This document shows positions 36,484 through 45,675 of a DNA stretch of 64,000 bases, one piece after another. The stretch is from a bacterium. Lineage in GTDB: Bacteria; Hydrothermota; Tepidihabitantia; SM23-42; JAOAFX01. Both the position numbers and the translations under genes were made by a program. The stretch is from NCBI GenBank assembly GCA_036382775.1, contig DASVHD010000016.1, forward strand, positions 8,323 through 72,322, in the 5' to 3' direction. The notes under the pieces were generated by a model. It was not told the DNA's origin, made no database searches, and saw only the letters and a program-made list of their open reading frames with translations. Numbering within the stretch: position 1 is the stretch's first letter; each line of letters begins with the position of its first letter.

Positions 36484-36987
36484 TTATTTCTGACAATCGG
36501 CACATAATCCGCAAAATTGAATTACATGATTTGTGATCTTGAAACCAAATTTCTGTGAAAGTCCTCTTTCAGTCCGTTTTACCAGCTCGAGTTCGTCCTC
36601 GATAAAATCCGTATAATCTATCACTCGGCCACAACGTTTACAGACAAGATGATGATGATGCTGTTGACCCTTTGGACCTTCCGACAACTCATAACGAGCA
36701 CGGTCATCGCCAAAGTCAAATTTAAAAACCAATCCCATTCGGACCAGCAATTCAAGGGTGCGATATATTGTGGTTAATCCGATATTCGGATAAACTTTAT
36801 GCACAATAAAATAAATGTCTTCCGCGCTTAAGTGCTCAGTTGTGCTGTGCAACACATCCAAGATCGCCTCACGGGGTACAGTCATTCTATAGCCATGACC
36901 ATTGAACTTATGGCGCCAATATGACCATAATTTATATTTCTTTTTTAGCATATTTTCTTTCTTGGCAACTGTTGATAATGCAACCAT
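36484..36987 (-). CDS. Fur-family metalloregulator (copy 2)
   Basis: HHHHLVCKRCGRVIDY...CADC. Confidence 0.7.
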   Translation of the reverse strand: MVALSTVAKKENMLKKKYKLWSYWRHKFNGHGYRMTVPREAILDVLHSTTEHLSAEDIYFIVHKVYPNIGLTTIYRTLELLVRMGLVFKFDFGDDRARYELSEGPKGQQHHHHLVCKRCGRVIDYTDFIEDELELVKRTERGLSQKFGFKITNHVIQFCGLCADCQK

Positions 36988-37001
36988 TTTTGACCTATTC
37001 C

Positions 37002-37029
37002 ATTATAAACATAAGATGCGGAGTGTCAA
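37002..37029 (-). promoter_or_regulatory. consensus promoter TTGACA-16-TATAAT for Fur copy 2, with ~8-nt leader
   Basis: Read on the minus strand: tcttgaca ctccgcatcttatgtt tataat ggaataggtcaaaa ATG. Confidence 0.5.
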
Positions 37030-37165
37030 GACCGTTCACATTTTATGTCATATAAAACCAAAAGCACATTTATTAATCAATTCAAAATCTAAAAACACAT
37101 ACCCGAGAAAGGTTCTCTGTTTCAATATCGTTAGTTTTAACGCTTTGGTCTTTGATATTTTGAGC

Positions 37166-37226
37166 CATATTCCCCGCTTTGGCCGCTAATACAAACAATG
37201 ATGCGGGACTATAGTGTGCCATGTTG
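37166..37226. repeat. ~70-bp direct repeat, right copy (candidate island boundary)
   Basis: Matches 17953-18023. Confidence 0.55.
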
Positions 37227-37259
37227 CGACTGAAATGTACAGCAGCCCTATAATAAATA

Positions 37260-37570
37260 TAATGTGAAATAAAAAGTTGAGATTGCTTCGTCCCGCTTAA
37301 GCGGAACTCGTAATGACAGGGAGACAGATGAGATTGCTTCCCCTCGTTCTTAGGGACACCAGTTATCCCCCCCACCCTTACCCTCCTCCTAACAGGACTC
37401 CAGTTATCCCTCACCCCTACCCTCTCCCTTTCCAAGGGAGAGGAATAAGGTGAGGGTTTAGTCTTTGATGCTGCCCTCGAGGGGGGAGGAAAAAGGAGGG
37501 GGTGAAAGGTTGCGCACAAAGAGCGTTCGCCATGACAACAAACAAACAGCCGATTCTGCTTTTTTTCAAA
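37260..37570. repeat. composite repeat cluster (units A, A', C, D, B); full-length counterpart of the elements flanking the TA cassette
   Basis: 37276-37325 matches 1264-1312 with 2 mismatches; 37327-37375 matches 78-125; 37433-37465 matches 1596-1630; 37473-37518 matches 133-178. Confidence 0.7.
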
Positions 37571-37745
37571 TCTGAACTTTTCAGTGGTTAGTATCCATGG
37601 CAAGGAACGAAAACTGACCTGCCATACATTTTATAGTTTCATGCCATAAAACTACCGATATTTCAGAACATATTTTGGACGTAAAACGTTTTTATAGAAT
37701 TCATTATAGTTTTGAAGTTGAAGAGAAAAACATTATTGAGCACCT

Positions 37746-37769
37746 GTCCACAAATTCGAATTTGTGGAC
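37746..37769. repeat. perfect 24-bp palindrome GTCCACAAATTC|GAATTTGTGGAC
   Basis: Read directly; lies in an intergenic AT-rich segment. Confidence 0.6.
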
Positions 37770-38015
37770 TAATGGCTCGGTTTTATTCCCCTCCCTCTTA
37801 TTCCCTCCCGCAGGGGGAGGGAAGTGAGTAGGAGGGGCGGGAGCCGGCAAAGAGTCACAAGCCCTTCGTAATGGTAATAGTCCGATGCAGGCGGATGATA
37901 TTGTTTGGAAAGTGCCCAGCACTTTTTGAAACCTGACCGATTGAGCAACAAATACGATTTATTGTAAAAGCAGTATGCGATGATTTGTTCTGCGGTGGTG
38001 TTAAAAAGTGCTGGG

Positions 38016-38534
38016 TTATCCGGTGATAATGAGCTGCATGATAAGGACGTCGAGCCGGCGGTTGAATTTCTTGCCGATCTCCTTAAGGACGCCGACTTTC
38101 TGAAAATAGAATTTTTCCAGGACGTGGATGATCACGCTGTTGCTCGTTTCGATGCGGGCGACGACCGAGTGCAGGTGGTGCTTGGTCGCTTCCAGCAAGA
38201 CCGCGCGCACAAGCTCGGTGCCGATCCCCTTGCCTTGATGGCCGGCATTGATATAGATCGACAGCTCGACGCTGTCTGAATAAGCGCACCGGTCAGACCA
38301 CGGGCTCAATGAACACCAGCCGACAACATCCGGTCCGATCTCCGCAACGAGGATCGGGTGTTTTGGACCATGGCTTTTGAACCAAACGACCTGGTCGTCC
38401 ATGGTCTTGGGCTCGGTGTCAAAGGTCGCGACCGAAAGCACGACCGATTCATTGTAGATATCCGTGATCGCCTTGAGGTCGCTGATCGTGGCACGGCGGA
38501 TCGTGGGTTTTACTTTACCGGGTTGGTCGGGCAT
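38016..38534 (-). CDS. GNAT N-acetyltransferase (phosphinothricin-acetyltransferase-like)
   Basis: ...IRRATISDLKAITDIYNE...HQGKGIGTELV... Confidence 0.65.
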   Translation of the reverse strand: MPDQPGKVKPTIRRATISDLKAITDIYNESVVLSVATFDTEPKTMDDQVVWFKSHGPKHPILVAEIGPDVVGWCSLSPWSDRCAYSDSVELSIYINAGHQGKGIGTELVRAVLLEATKHHLHSVVARIETSNSVIIHVLEKFYFQKVGVLKEIGKKFNRRLDVLIMQLIITG

Positions 38535-38599
38535 GATCTAAGATTATAGTCATTATCGCAAGGCGGTCAAGGATATGATAAACACGATGCGGTACCGGT

Positions 38600-40399
38600 T
38601 CAATAAGCGATGCCGAAACGGTCGATGAGGAATTTCCTTGCTTGGTCAAACCCCAGGTCCGCCGCTTTTTTTAGATCCCAGACGGCGGAATCGCGGTTGC
38701 CGTTCTTATCGTAGGCGATACCGCGGTTATAGTATGCTTCAACGTACAACGGGCTCAGCTCGATCGCTTTGGTAAAGTCCTTGACCGCTCTGGCATATTC
38801 GGTCTTGGAATAATAAACGGTCCCCCGGTTAAAATAGGCTTTCACGTGCCCGGGATCGAGCTTCAGGGCGCTGCTGTAATCCTCCAGCGCCCGTGTCCAT
38901 TCTTTTATCAGCGTATGCGCCAGCCCGCGGTTGAACAGCAGTTCCGGGTCGTCAGGTCTTAGTTCCAGCGCCCTGGTGTAATCCTTTACGGCTTCCTCTA
39001 CTTCTTTTTTCTTGAGGTATGCGTGCGCCCTGAACGTGTAAGCCATGATATTTGCGGGGTCGAGTGTTTGCGCACGGGAACAATCCTTTATAGTGCTTTC
39101 GTAATCACCGGTATTATAGAAAGCGATCGCCCGGTTGACCAGGGCGGTCGTGTTATTGGCATCGCGCGCAAGGACCTTGTCGCAGTCAGCCGCGGCGCTC
39201 CTGTAGTTGTTGACCTTGAGGTAGGCTGAAGCCCGGCTGCAATATGCCGCAGCGTAACCGGCATCGATGCCAATAGCCTTCGTGAGATCGTTGATCGCGG
39301 ACTGGTACTCGCCCGCGTCCAGCTTGATAATACCGCGGTTAAAATAAGCTTCTTTGTAGCGCGAGTTGAGCTCGATCGTTCTGGTAAAGTCCTTCAGCGC
39401 TTTATCCTTTTGGCCTAGTTCGCAGTAAACGTTCCCGCGCCGGAAAAAGAGCGAATCATCTTTGGAATTGATATTGATCGCTTTGATAAGATCGGAGACC
39501 GCTTTGGGATATTGCTTCTGGGCAGTGTAGATCGTGCTCCGGAGTACATAGGCTTGCGCCATGGCCGGTTTGAGCTCCAGCGCCCGGTCTAAATTTTCAA
39601 GCGCCTTCTCGAAGTCATGTTTGCGGTACAGGTCGGATCCCCGGCGATAATATCGGTCGGCTTTCGAGACGGTTCCCAAAATTTCATTACCGGCATATTC
39701 TTTATCAAGTTTCGCCGCCATCGCCAGATCGGCGTCGGATTTTTCATAAAGACCTTTATGTTCATAGGCAATGCTGCGCTGGAAATATGCTTTTGCATAC
39801 TTGGCATCAATATCAATGGCGCGCGAGAGGTCCGCGATCGCGGTTTCATAAGATTCTTTTTTTAAATACGCGATCCCCCGGTTGCAGAATGCCCTGGCAT
39901 TTCGGCTGTCATGTTCGATCACAGCCGAGTAATCTTTTATTGCTAATTCGGTCTTGCCGATACTGTAATAAGCAGTGCCCCGGTCCGTGCGAAAAGCGGC
40001 GTTGTTCGGCTCCAGTTCGACCGCTCTGGTTAGATCCTTGATCGCCAGGTCGTAATCGGCGGTTTTTATGTAGATCCCGCCCCGGCTCGCGTAGGCCGCC
40101 GCAAAATCCGGACGCAACCGGACCGCGCTGGCAAGATCATCACAGGCTGCGCCATGATTCCCGGTCATTATGTACGCCAGCCCCCGGTTAAAATATGCCT
40201 GCGCCTCGCCCGGGTCCTGTTCCAGGGATTTTGTATAATATTCGACCGCAAGTTTATAGTTGCCTTTTTTGTATGCTTCAAGCCCCAGCTTGTTATAGTC
40301 GGTGGCAGCATAGGTGACGGCGACGATAATCGCCAGCGCCATCAACGCCTGGCCACTGCCCAGCGGATCAATGCTCATGCGTTTCCAGTGTAGTTTCAT
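38600..40399 (-). CDS. secreted TPR-repeat protein (599 aa)
   Basis: Signal-anchor plus >12 TPR units (AYFNRGLAY...). Confidence 0.7.
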   Translation of the reverse strand: MKLHWKRMSIDPLGSGQALMALAIIVAVTYAATDYNKLGLEAYKKGNYKLAVEYYTKSLEQDPGEAQAYFNRGLAYIMTGNHGAACDDLASAVRLRPDFAAAYASRGGIYIKTADYDLAIKDLTRAVELEPNNAAFRTDRGTAYYSIGKTELAIKDYSAVIEHDSRNARAFCNRGIAYLKKESYETAIADLSRAIDIDAKYAKAYFQRSIAYEHKGLYEKSDADLAMAAKLDKEYAGNEILGTVSKADRYYRRGSDLYRKHDFEKALENLDRALELKPAMAQAYVLRSTIYTAQKQYPKAVSDLIKAININSKDDSLFFRRGNVYCELGQKDKALKDFTRTIELNSRYKEAYFNRGIIKLDAGEYQSAINDLTKAIGIDAGYAAAYCSRASAYLKVNNYRSAAADCDKVLARDANNTTALVNRAIAFYNTGDYESTIKDCSRAQTLDPANIMAYTFRAHAYLKKKEVEEAVKDYTRALELRPDDPELLFNRGLAHTLIKEWTRALEDYSSALKLDPGHVKAYFNRGTVYYSKTEYARAVKDFTKAIELSPLYVEAYYNRGIAYDKNGNRDSAVWDLKKAADLGFDQARKFLIDRFGIAY

Positions 40400-43011
40400 G
40401 GTCCGTGTTTTCCCTGATTTATAATCCGGACGGTTCCCTGGTCGCCATCCACCTCGAGCATCTGACCGGTCCTGATTATCTTCGTGGCCGGCCCTACGTT
40501 CACCACGGCCGGTATCCCGTATTCCCGCGCCACAATGCTGCCGTGACTCAGCAAACCTCCCATGTCGACCACGATCGCGGCGGCGGACATGAAGTAAGGC
40601 GTCCAGCCCGGGTCCGTGAAGGGTGCGACGAGGATCTCGCCGGGTCTGACCGTCTCCCTGGAACGCGTGTCGAGGATGACCCGGGCTTTTCCCCGGACCA
40701 CGCCGGAGCTGACCGCGAGGCCGGTCATGACCCGCTGTCCCTGCGCCACCGGCTCGGGCTGGTGTCTGCGCGGATCGAAGACCCCCCTGATAACCTTGGG
40801 CGGCGTGATGGTCCGGTCCAGATCGTACTCCCGGCGCCGTTCCTTGAGCAGACCGCGGACGCCGGAGCGCGGGGAGCCTTTTAATAGCGGACCGATCTCC
40901 TCCATGCGGAGGAAGAAAATATCATCGACCTTCGATATGATGCGCCTTTGACGAAGTCGGTTCCCGAATTCCAGGATGATGCGGCGTATGACAAACCAGG
41001 CCTTCATCCACATGTTCTTCAAATTCTCCCGGATGACGCTGCCCTGCTGGGCCTTCCGCAGGTAATAGTTGAAAACGAATCGATGAACGGGATTCTTGAG
41101 TTTCGCGCGTAAATCGGCGGTGAGTTTGACGCGGCGCTCCGTGACGCGGTCATAGTGCTCGGTCGGGTTCCCGTCCGTATCCGAGGCTCTGAGGTAATTG
41201 CGGATCATGCCCAGGACGAAATCGGAGGACTCGCTCCACCGCGGATTCATGAGTTCGATCTCGCTGCCGGTATGATGGCCGTACCGGATCATGAAATCAT
41301 GCCAGGCGTGAAGGAATTCCCGACCGTCTTTCACGCGCGCGATCCGCGGCCGCAGAGCTTGCCAATTTTGCCGACCCGAAATGTTCCGCAGTAACACTGG
41401 GTGCTGTCGGGCGGACCGGGACAGTTCGTAAAGGGCCAGGCCGGCCTTGGCCGGCTCGATATCGCCGATGCCAGCGAGCAATTGGTTGGTCTGTTCGCCG
41501 GGCCGGCCCTTGAACCATTTTTGGCACAGTTTATCCAGGTTCGTGTAGTACATCATGGCCAGAGCGAGGAATCCTGACTGATGGATAGTGGAATATATCT
41601 TATCACACACCTCGCGCCATAGGCCGAAAAGATCGTCATCGGAAAGGCCGGCAAGGTCATACTTGTAAAGGCGTTCGATATTGGTTTTGATATTTTCCAG
41701 GTCCTTTATGGCCGTTTTCGGGTTGAAGGTGAGGAGCTGGAGCGTGCGCAGGGGCAGGAAAAGGAAGGCACGGGAGACCTTGAACCGGATCACGGGGATG
41801 TCTTCGTCCGCGATCGTCAGGTTCCCCATGTCACCCATGGAACCCTGGGCGCCGCCGAAAACGTTCGTTATATCGAACTTCCGGAAGCCGGGTATGCTGC
41901 GTAAAATGCCAGCAAGGGTATTGAGATTGAAATAGGCCCGGCCGGCTATGCGATTGAACAGGACGATGTCGCCCAGCTCAGCGCCGACGATGCCGAGGAA
42001 TGAGTCGAAGATGCATTTGACGAACGGCACGACCACGGTCCAGGTCATGGGCGTGACCACGTCGGGAAGCACCTCGCCGGTGTTGGCGTTCGTCCATATC
42101 TGGCGGTCTTCCCAACTGCTTTCCGCGCGCGCCGTGGTTATGGGCCGGGTCTGGAGGATAAATATTTTCTTACCAGCCACCGCCCATTCGATGTCCTGCG
42201 GGACGCCGAATTTTTTCTCGATCCGGACCGCCTGAACGGCGAGCTTCCTGATAATCCCGGGATCGAGCCCGCGTCCGGTCGTCTCCGCGGAGGGGGTTTT
42301 GGAGATCTTGCCGCCGCACTTGACCACGGTCGCCCGGTCCGGCGCGGCATGGCCTGAGACCAGCCGGTCACCCAAACCAGAGACATATTCGATCATCACT
42401 TTGTCCTGCCCACCGGTCGCCGGATCACGCGTGAAGGCAACACCGGCAAAGTCCGCGGGAACCTGTCGCTGGACGATTACCGCCATCCCCAGCGAAGCGT
42501 GGGCGATGTTGTTCTTCCGGCGGTATTCGTATGCCCGTTCGCTCCACAGCGAAGCCCAGCACTTTTTAACGGCGGTCTGAAGACCTTGGAACGAACTAAC
42601 GCCCAGGATTGTTTCATATTGCCCGGCAAAGGATAACCGCGCCTGGTCTTCGGCGGTCGCCGACGAACGGACCGCCATGAGCGGAGCCTTCAATGTTGAA
42701 TAGTATTCAAGTAGCCCCCTGACCAGTTGGGGATCGATGGTCGGTTCGAGTATCTGACGGCGGATCCCGGCCAGGATTTTGGGCCGGTCATTCTTTTTTG
42801 CTTTTTGGATATCCCCGAGAGCGTCGTGCAATGGCATGCTTAAGCGTTCGTTAACATGCTGTTCATACGCCATGCAGGTAAGGCAAAAACCGGGCGGCAC
42901 GGGCAAGCCATACTTACGAAGGATGAAAAGGTTGCGCGCTTTACCGCCGACTTGTTCGGTCGAAGGCTGATGACGAGATCTTAGATCGATTATCAGATCG
43001 GCTAGCGACAC
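40396..43011 (-). CDS. PEP-utilising enzyme, PEP-synthase/rifampin-phosphotransferase-like (ATP-grasp plus swivel phospho-His domain, no TIM-barrel C-domain)
   Basis: N-terminal GGKARNLFILRKYGLPVPPGFCLT; C-terminal GGLLSHGSIVAREYGIPAVVNVG; ATGA overlap with the TPR gene. Confidence 0.7.
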   Translation of the reverse strand: MSLADLIIDLRSRHQPSTEQVGGKARNLFILRKYGLPVPPGFCLTCMAYEQHVNERLSMPLHDALGDIQKAKKNDRPKILAGIRRQILEPTIDPQLVRGLLEYYSTLKAPLMAVRSSATAEDQARLSFAGQYETILGVSSFQGLQTAVKKCWASLWSERAYEYRRKNNIAHASLGMAVIVQRQVPADFAGVAFTRDPATGGQDKVMIEYVSGLGDRLVSGHAAPDRATVVKCGGKISKTPSAETTGRGLDPGIIRKLAVQAVRIEKKFGVPQDIEWAVAGKKIFILQTRPITTARAESSWEDRQIWTNANTGEVLPDVVTPMTWTVVVPFVKCIFDSFLGIVGAELGDIVLFNRIAGRAYFNLNTLAGILRSIPGFRKFDITNVFGGAQGSMGDMGNLTIADEDIPVIRFKVSRAFLFLPLRTLQLLTFNPKTAIKDLENIKTNIERLYKYDLAGLSDDDLFGLWREVCDKIYSTIHQSGFLALAMMYYTNLDKLCQKWFKGRPGEQTNQLLAGIGDIEPAKAGLALYELSRSARQHPVLLRNISGRQNWQALRPRIARVKDGREFLHAWHDFMIRYGHHTGSEIELMNPRWSESSDFVLGMIRNYLRASDTDGNPTEHYDRVTERRVKLTADLRAKLKNPVHRFVFNYYLRKAQQGSVIRENLKNMWMKAWFVIRRIILEFGNRLRQRRIISKVDDIFFLRMEEIGPLLKGSPRSGVRGLLKERRREYDLDRTITPPKVIRGVFDPRRHQPEPVAQGQRVMTGLAVSSGVVRGKARVILDTRSRETVRPGEILVAPFTDPGWTPYFMSAAAIVVDMGGLLSHGSIVAREYGIPAVVNVGPATKIIRTGQMLEVDGDQGTVRIINQGKHGP

Positions 43012-43037
43012 GCAATATCATAATCAACCGGCATAAA

Positions 43038-43838
43038 GTGTCAACAGCCGCGGGCGACCTAGCGGAACGCTCCTCCTTGACGAGTAATGCTGAGTGGGTA
43101 GACTATCATGATATGGGTATGGGAACAAAAATGCACCTGGGAGATCTCGGTTCACCGGTCGTACAGTGTGGTTTATTCTTGATTTTGTACAATAATGTCG
43201 TTAATCTGATCCCGCCGGCAGTACACGCGCGACTGTATGTGGGATTGAACGTCCTTGTACTGATCATTCTGTGGTCATACGCACACCGTTACTGGAATTT
43301 CCGGCCAGCTGATGCGGGGATAAGAGCGGGCGGTTTTTGGACGAGCCTGGGGCTGGGGATATGCCTGGCAGCGATCATCATTATTCCTTTTTATATTGCG
43401 CTGGTGATCTTGCCCAAGATCGGTATATCGCTGCCCGCGATCCATCTTGATGAGGTCGATCAGGAAGGTCTGATAAGAAGGTTGCTTGTCCGGATCCCGG
43501 TGGGCACGGTTCTTTTCGAGGAGATGCTATTCCGTGGTATTTTTCTTGGCCTGTTATTGAGAGAACAAAATCGGCCACGGGCCCTGATTGTATCAAGCTT
43601 TGTTTTTGGCGTCTGGCATATCGTTCCGGCATTAAAAGTAATGTTCAGGAATTTTGGAGTTTCCAGCATTCTCCCCGGGATCGGCATGTTCATCCTCGGG
43701 ATAATTGGAGCTGTGATCGCTGGCTATGTTTTTGGTTGGGTGAGGATTAGAAAGAACAACATCATCGGACCGGTCATTGCCCATCTGCTCATAAACGATA
43801 CCGCACTCGTCTTGATATATTTCATGTGGCGGGCTTGA
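43038..43838 (+). CDS. CPBP-family (CAAX/Abi) intramembrane metalloprotease
   Basis: EEMLFRG motif; polytopic. Confidence 0.65.
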   Translation: MSTAAGDLAERSSLTSNAEWVDYHDMGMGTKMHLGDLGSPVVQCGLFLILYNNVVNLIPPAVHARLYVGLNVLVLIILWSYAHRYWNFRPADAGIRAGGFWTSLGLGICLAAIIIIPFYIALVILPKIGISLPAIHLDEVDQEGLIRRLLVRIPVGTVLFEEMLFRGIFLGLLLREQNRPRALIVSSFVFGVWHIVPALKVMFRNFGVSSILPGIGMFILGIIGAVIAGYVFGWVRIRKNNIIGPVIAHLLINDTALVLIYFMWRA

Positions 43839-43857
43839 CCGGTGCGCTTAAAAAGCG

Positions 43858-45675
43858 CTAAAAGTAGATAATATTCCGGTACTTAACCGTCGCCGGCCTG
43901 TCCTTGTACATCATTTCATATAATTCCTGGTAAGCTTCCTGGATCCGGTTCCTTTTGAGTTTCAAGGTCTGTGTGAGCATGCCATGTTCGACTGTAAGGC
44001 TTTCTTCAAGCAGTATGCACGCCTTTGGTTTTTCGTACGAAGGCAGATCGGCGATCGCGTTGGAGATCTCCTTTTTTAAAAGCGTTTTGATCACATCATT
44101 TTCAAGTAGCTCGCCGTAGCGCTTGAACTCGATCCCCTGTGCTTTTGCGTGCTTCTCGATCGCCTCGCGGCTGGGAATAACGAGAGCGACAAGATACTGT
44201 TTATTCTCGCCCCACACCACTGCCTGTTCAATAAATGGGCTGAACGTGATCCTCGCTTCGATCGGCGCGGGAGGGATCTTCTTCCCGCCGGACGTGACTA
44301 TCAACTCTTTTATCCGGCCGGTGATCACAAGATGGCCATGCTCGTCGAATTTACCCTGGTCACCAGTATGCAGCCAGCCATCCGGATCAAGCACTTTTGC
44401 CGTTTCCTCCGGTTTATGGTAATACCCTTTCATCACGTTCGGGCCCCTAACCAGGATCTCATCGTTTTCGCCGATCTTAACTTCAATGCTGTCGAACGGT
44501 CGGCCCACGGTACCAAGGATATTGTCTTCGACGGTATTGCTGGATACGACCGGCGCGGTTTCGGTCAGACCATATCCTTCGATAATATTGAAGCCCAGGA
44601 CATAAACGATCTTGGCGATCTGACGGTTTAACGGCGCGCCGCCAACAACGATGGCGCGTATCCTGCCGCCGCCGAGTTTTTTGAATTTTGACGCGACTAA
44701 TTTTTTATACACCGCGCACTTCATGGTAAGACCAAGAGACACCTTTTGTTTTTTATATATCCGATTCGCCCGTTCATTCAGTGTTTTGATCGCCGATGTC
44801 ACCAGCATTTGCATGAATCGGGAACTACCGGTGATCTTGGCGACCCCGGAATTGTAAGCTTTTTCTATGACCCGCGGCACGGCCAGCAGAATTGTCGGGC
44901 GGATCTCTTCGGCATCATCAACGACCGTCGTCAGGTCCTGCGCATAACCGATGGAACCGCCGGCGAAAAGCACCGAGTAGTAACCGCAGGTCCTTTCCAG
45001 CATGTGGCCGATGGGAAGATAGGAGATCACAACGTCATCCGGCGTAAAATTGAATTTTTTGATCGCGATATCGGTGTTGGAGACGATATTGGTATGCGTG
45101 AGCATGACGCCTTTAGGTTCGCCGGTGGTGCCTGAAGTATAGACGACCGTTGCCAGGTCATTGGGTGAGATCCCGGTTATTGCCGTATCGAGGCGTTTAC
45201 TACTGGTTTTCATATCGGCAAAACTGATAGTTCTCTTATCGGTCTTACCTTCGTGGTCGAATATGACGATTCGCTGAATAGACGGAGTTTCAGGCAATAT
45301 CTGCTCGACGATCGACAATAACTCGCGGTTTTCTACAAAGATCAACTTCGCTCCAGAGTCATTGAGAATGTATTTCACACTGGCCGGGGGCAGAACATGA
45401 CCCGGCATATGATAGATGGGAACGACGATCGCGCCCAGCTTCAGTATCGCCAGGTCAGTCATCGCCCATTCGGGTCGGTTGTACGACATGATGGCGACAG
45501 TGTCACCCTGCTTTATTCCCAGCGAGCGCATCTCCGCCGCCACGGCGTCGATTATGGCGCTCAGCTCTTTATAGGTCATTGACCGGTAGATACCTTGTTC
45601 CTTGTGCCGGAGCGCAATGCGGTCAGGGTAGCGCACAACCGCGTCGTGGAATGTTTCATAGACCGTCTTATACAT
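43858..45675 (-). CDS. long-chain-fatty-acid--CoA ligase (AMP-binding)
   Basis: YTSGTTGEPKGVMLTH; start reassigned to MYKTVY, which has RBS GGAGGAGG. Confidence 0.75.
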   Translation of the reverse strand: MYKTVYETFHDAVVRYPDRIALRHKEQGIYRSMTYKELSAIIDAVAAEMRSLGIKQGDTVAIMSYNRPEWAMTDLAILKLGAIVVPIYHMPGHVLPPASVKYILNDSGAKLIFVENRELLSIVEQILPETPSIQRIVIFDHEGKTDKRTISFADMKTSSKRLDTAITGISPNDLATVVYTSGTTGEPKGVMLTHTNIVSNTDIAIKKFNFTPDDVVISYLPIGHMLERTCGYYSVLFAGGSIGYAQDLTTVVDDAEEIRPTILLAVPRVIEKAYNSGVAKITGSSRFMQMLVTSAIKTLNERANRIYKKQKVSLGLTMKCAVYKKLVASKFKKLGGGRIRAIVVGGAPLNRQIAKIVYVLGFNIIEGYGLTETAPVVSSNTVEDNILGTVGRPFDSIEVKIGENDEILVRGPNVMKGYYHKPEETAKVLDPDGWLHTGDQGKFDEHGHLVITGRIKELIVTSGGKKIPPAPIEARITFSPFIEQAVVWGENKQYLVALVIPSREAIEKHAKAQGIEFKRYGELLENDVIKTLLKKEISNAIADLPSYEKPKACILLEESLTVEHGMLTQTLKLKRNRIQEAYQELYEMMYKDRPATVKYRNIIYF

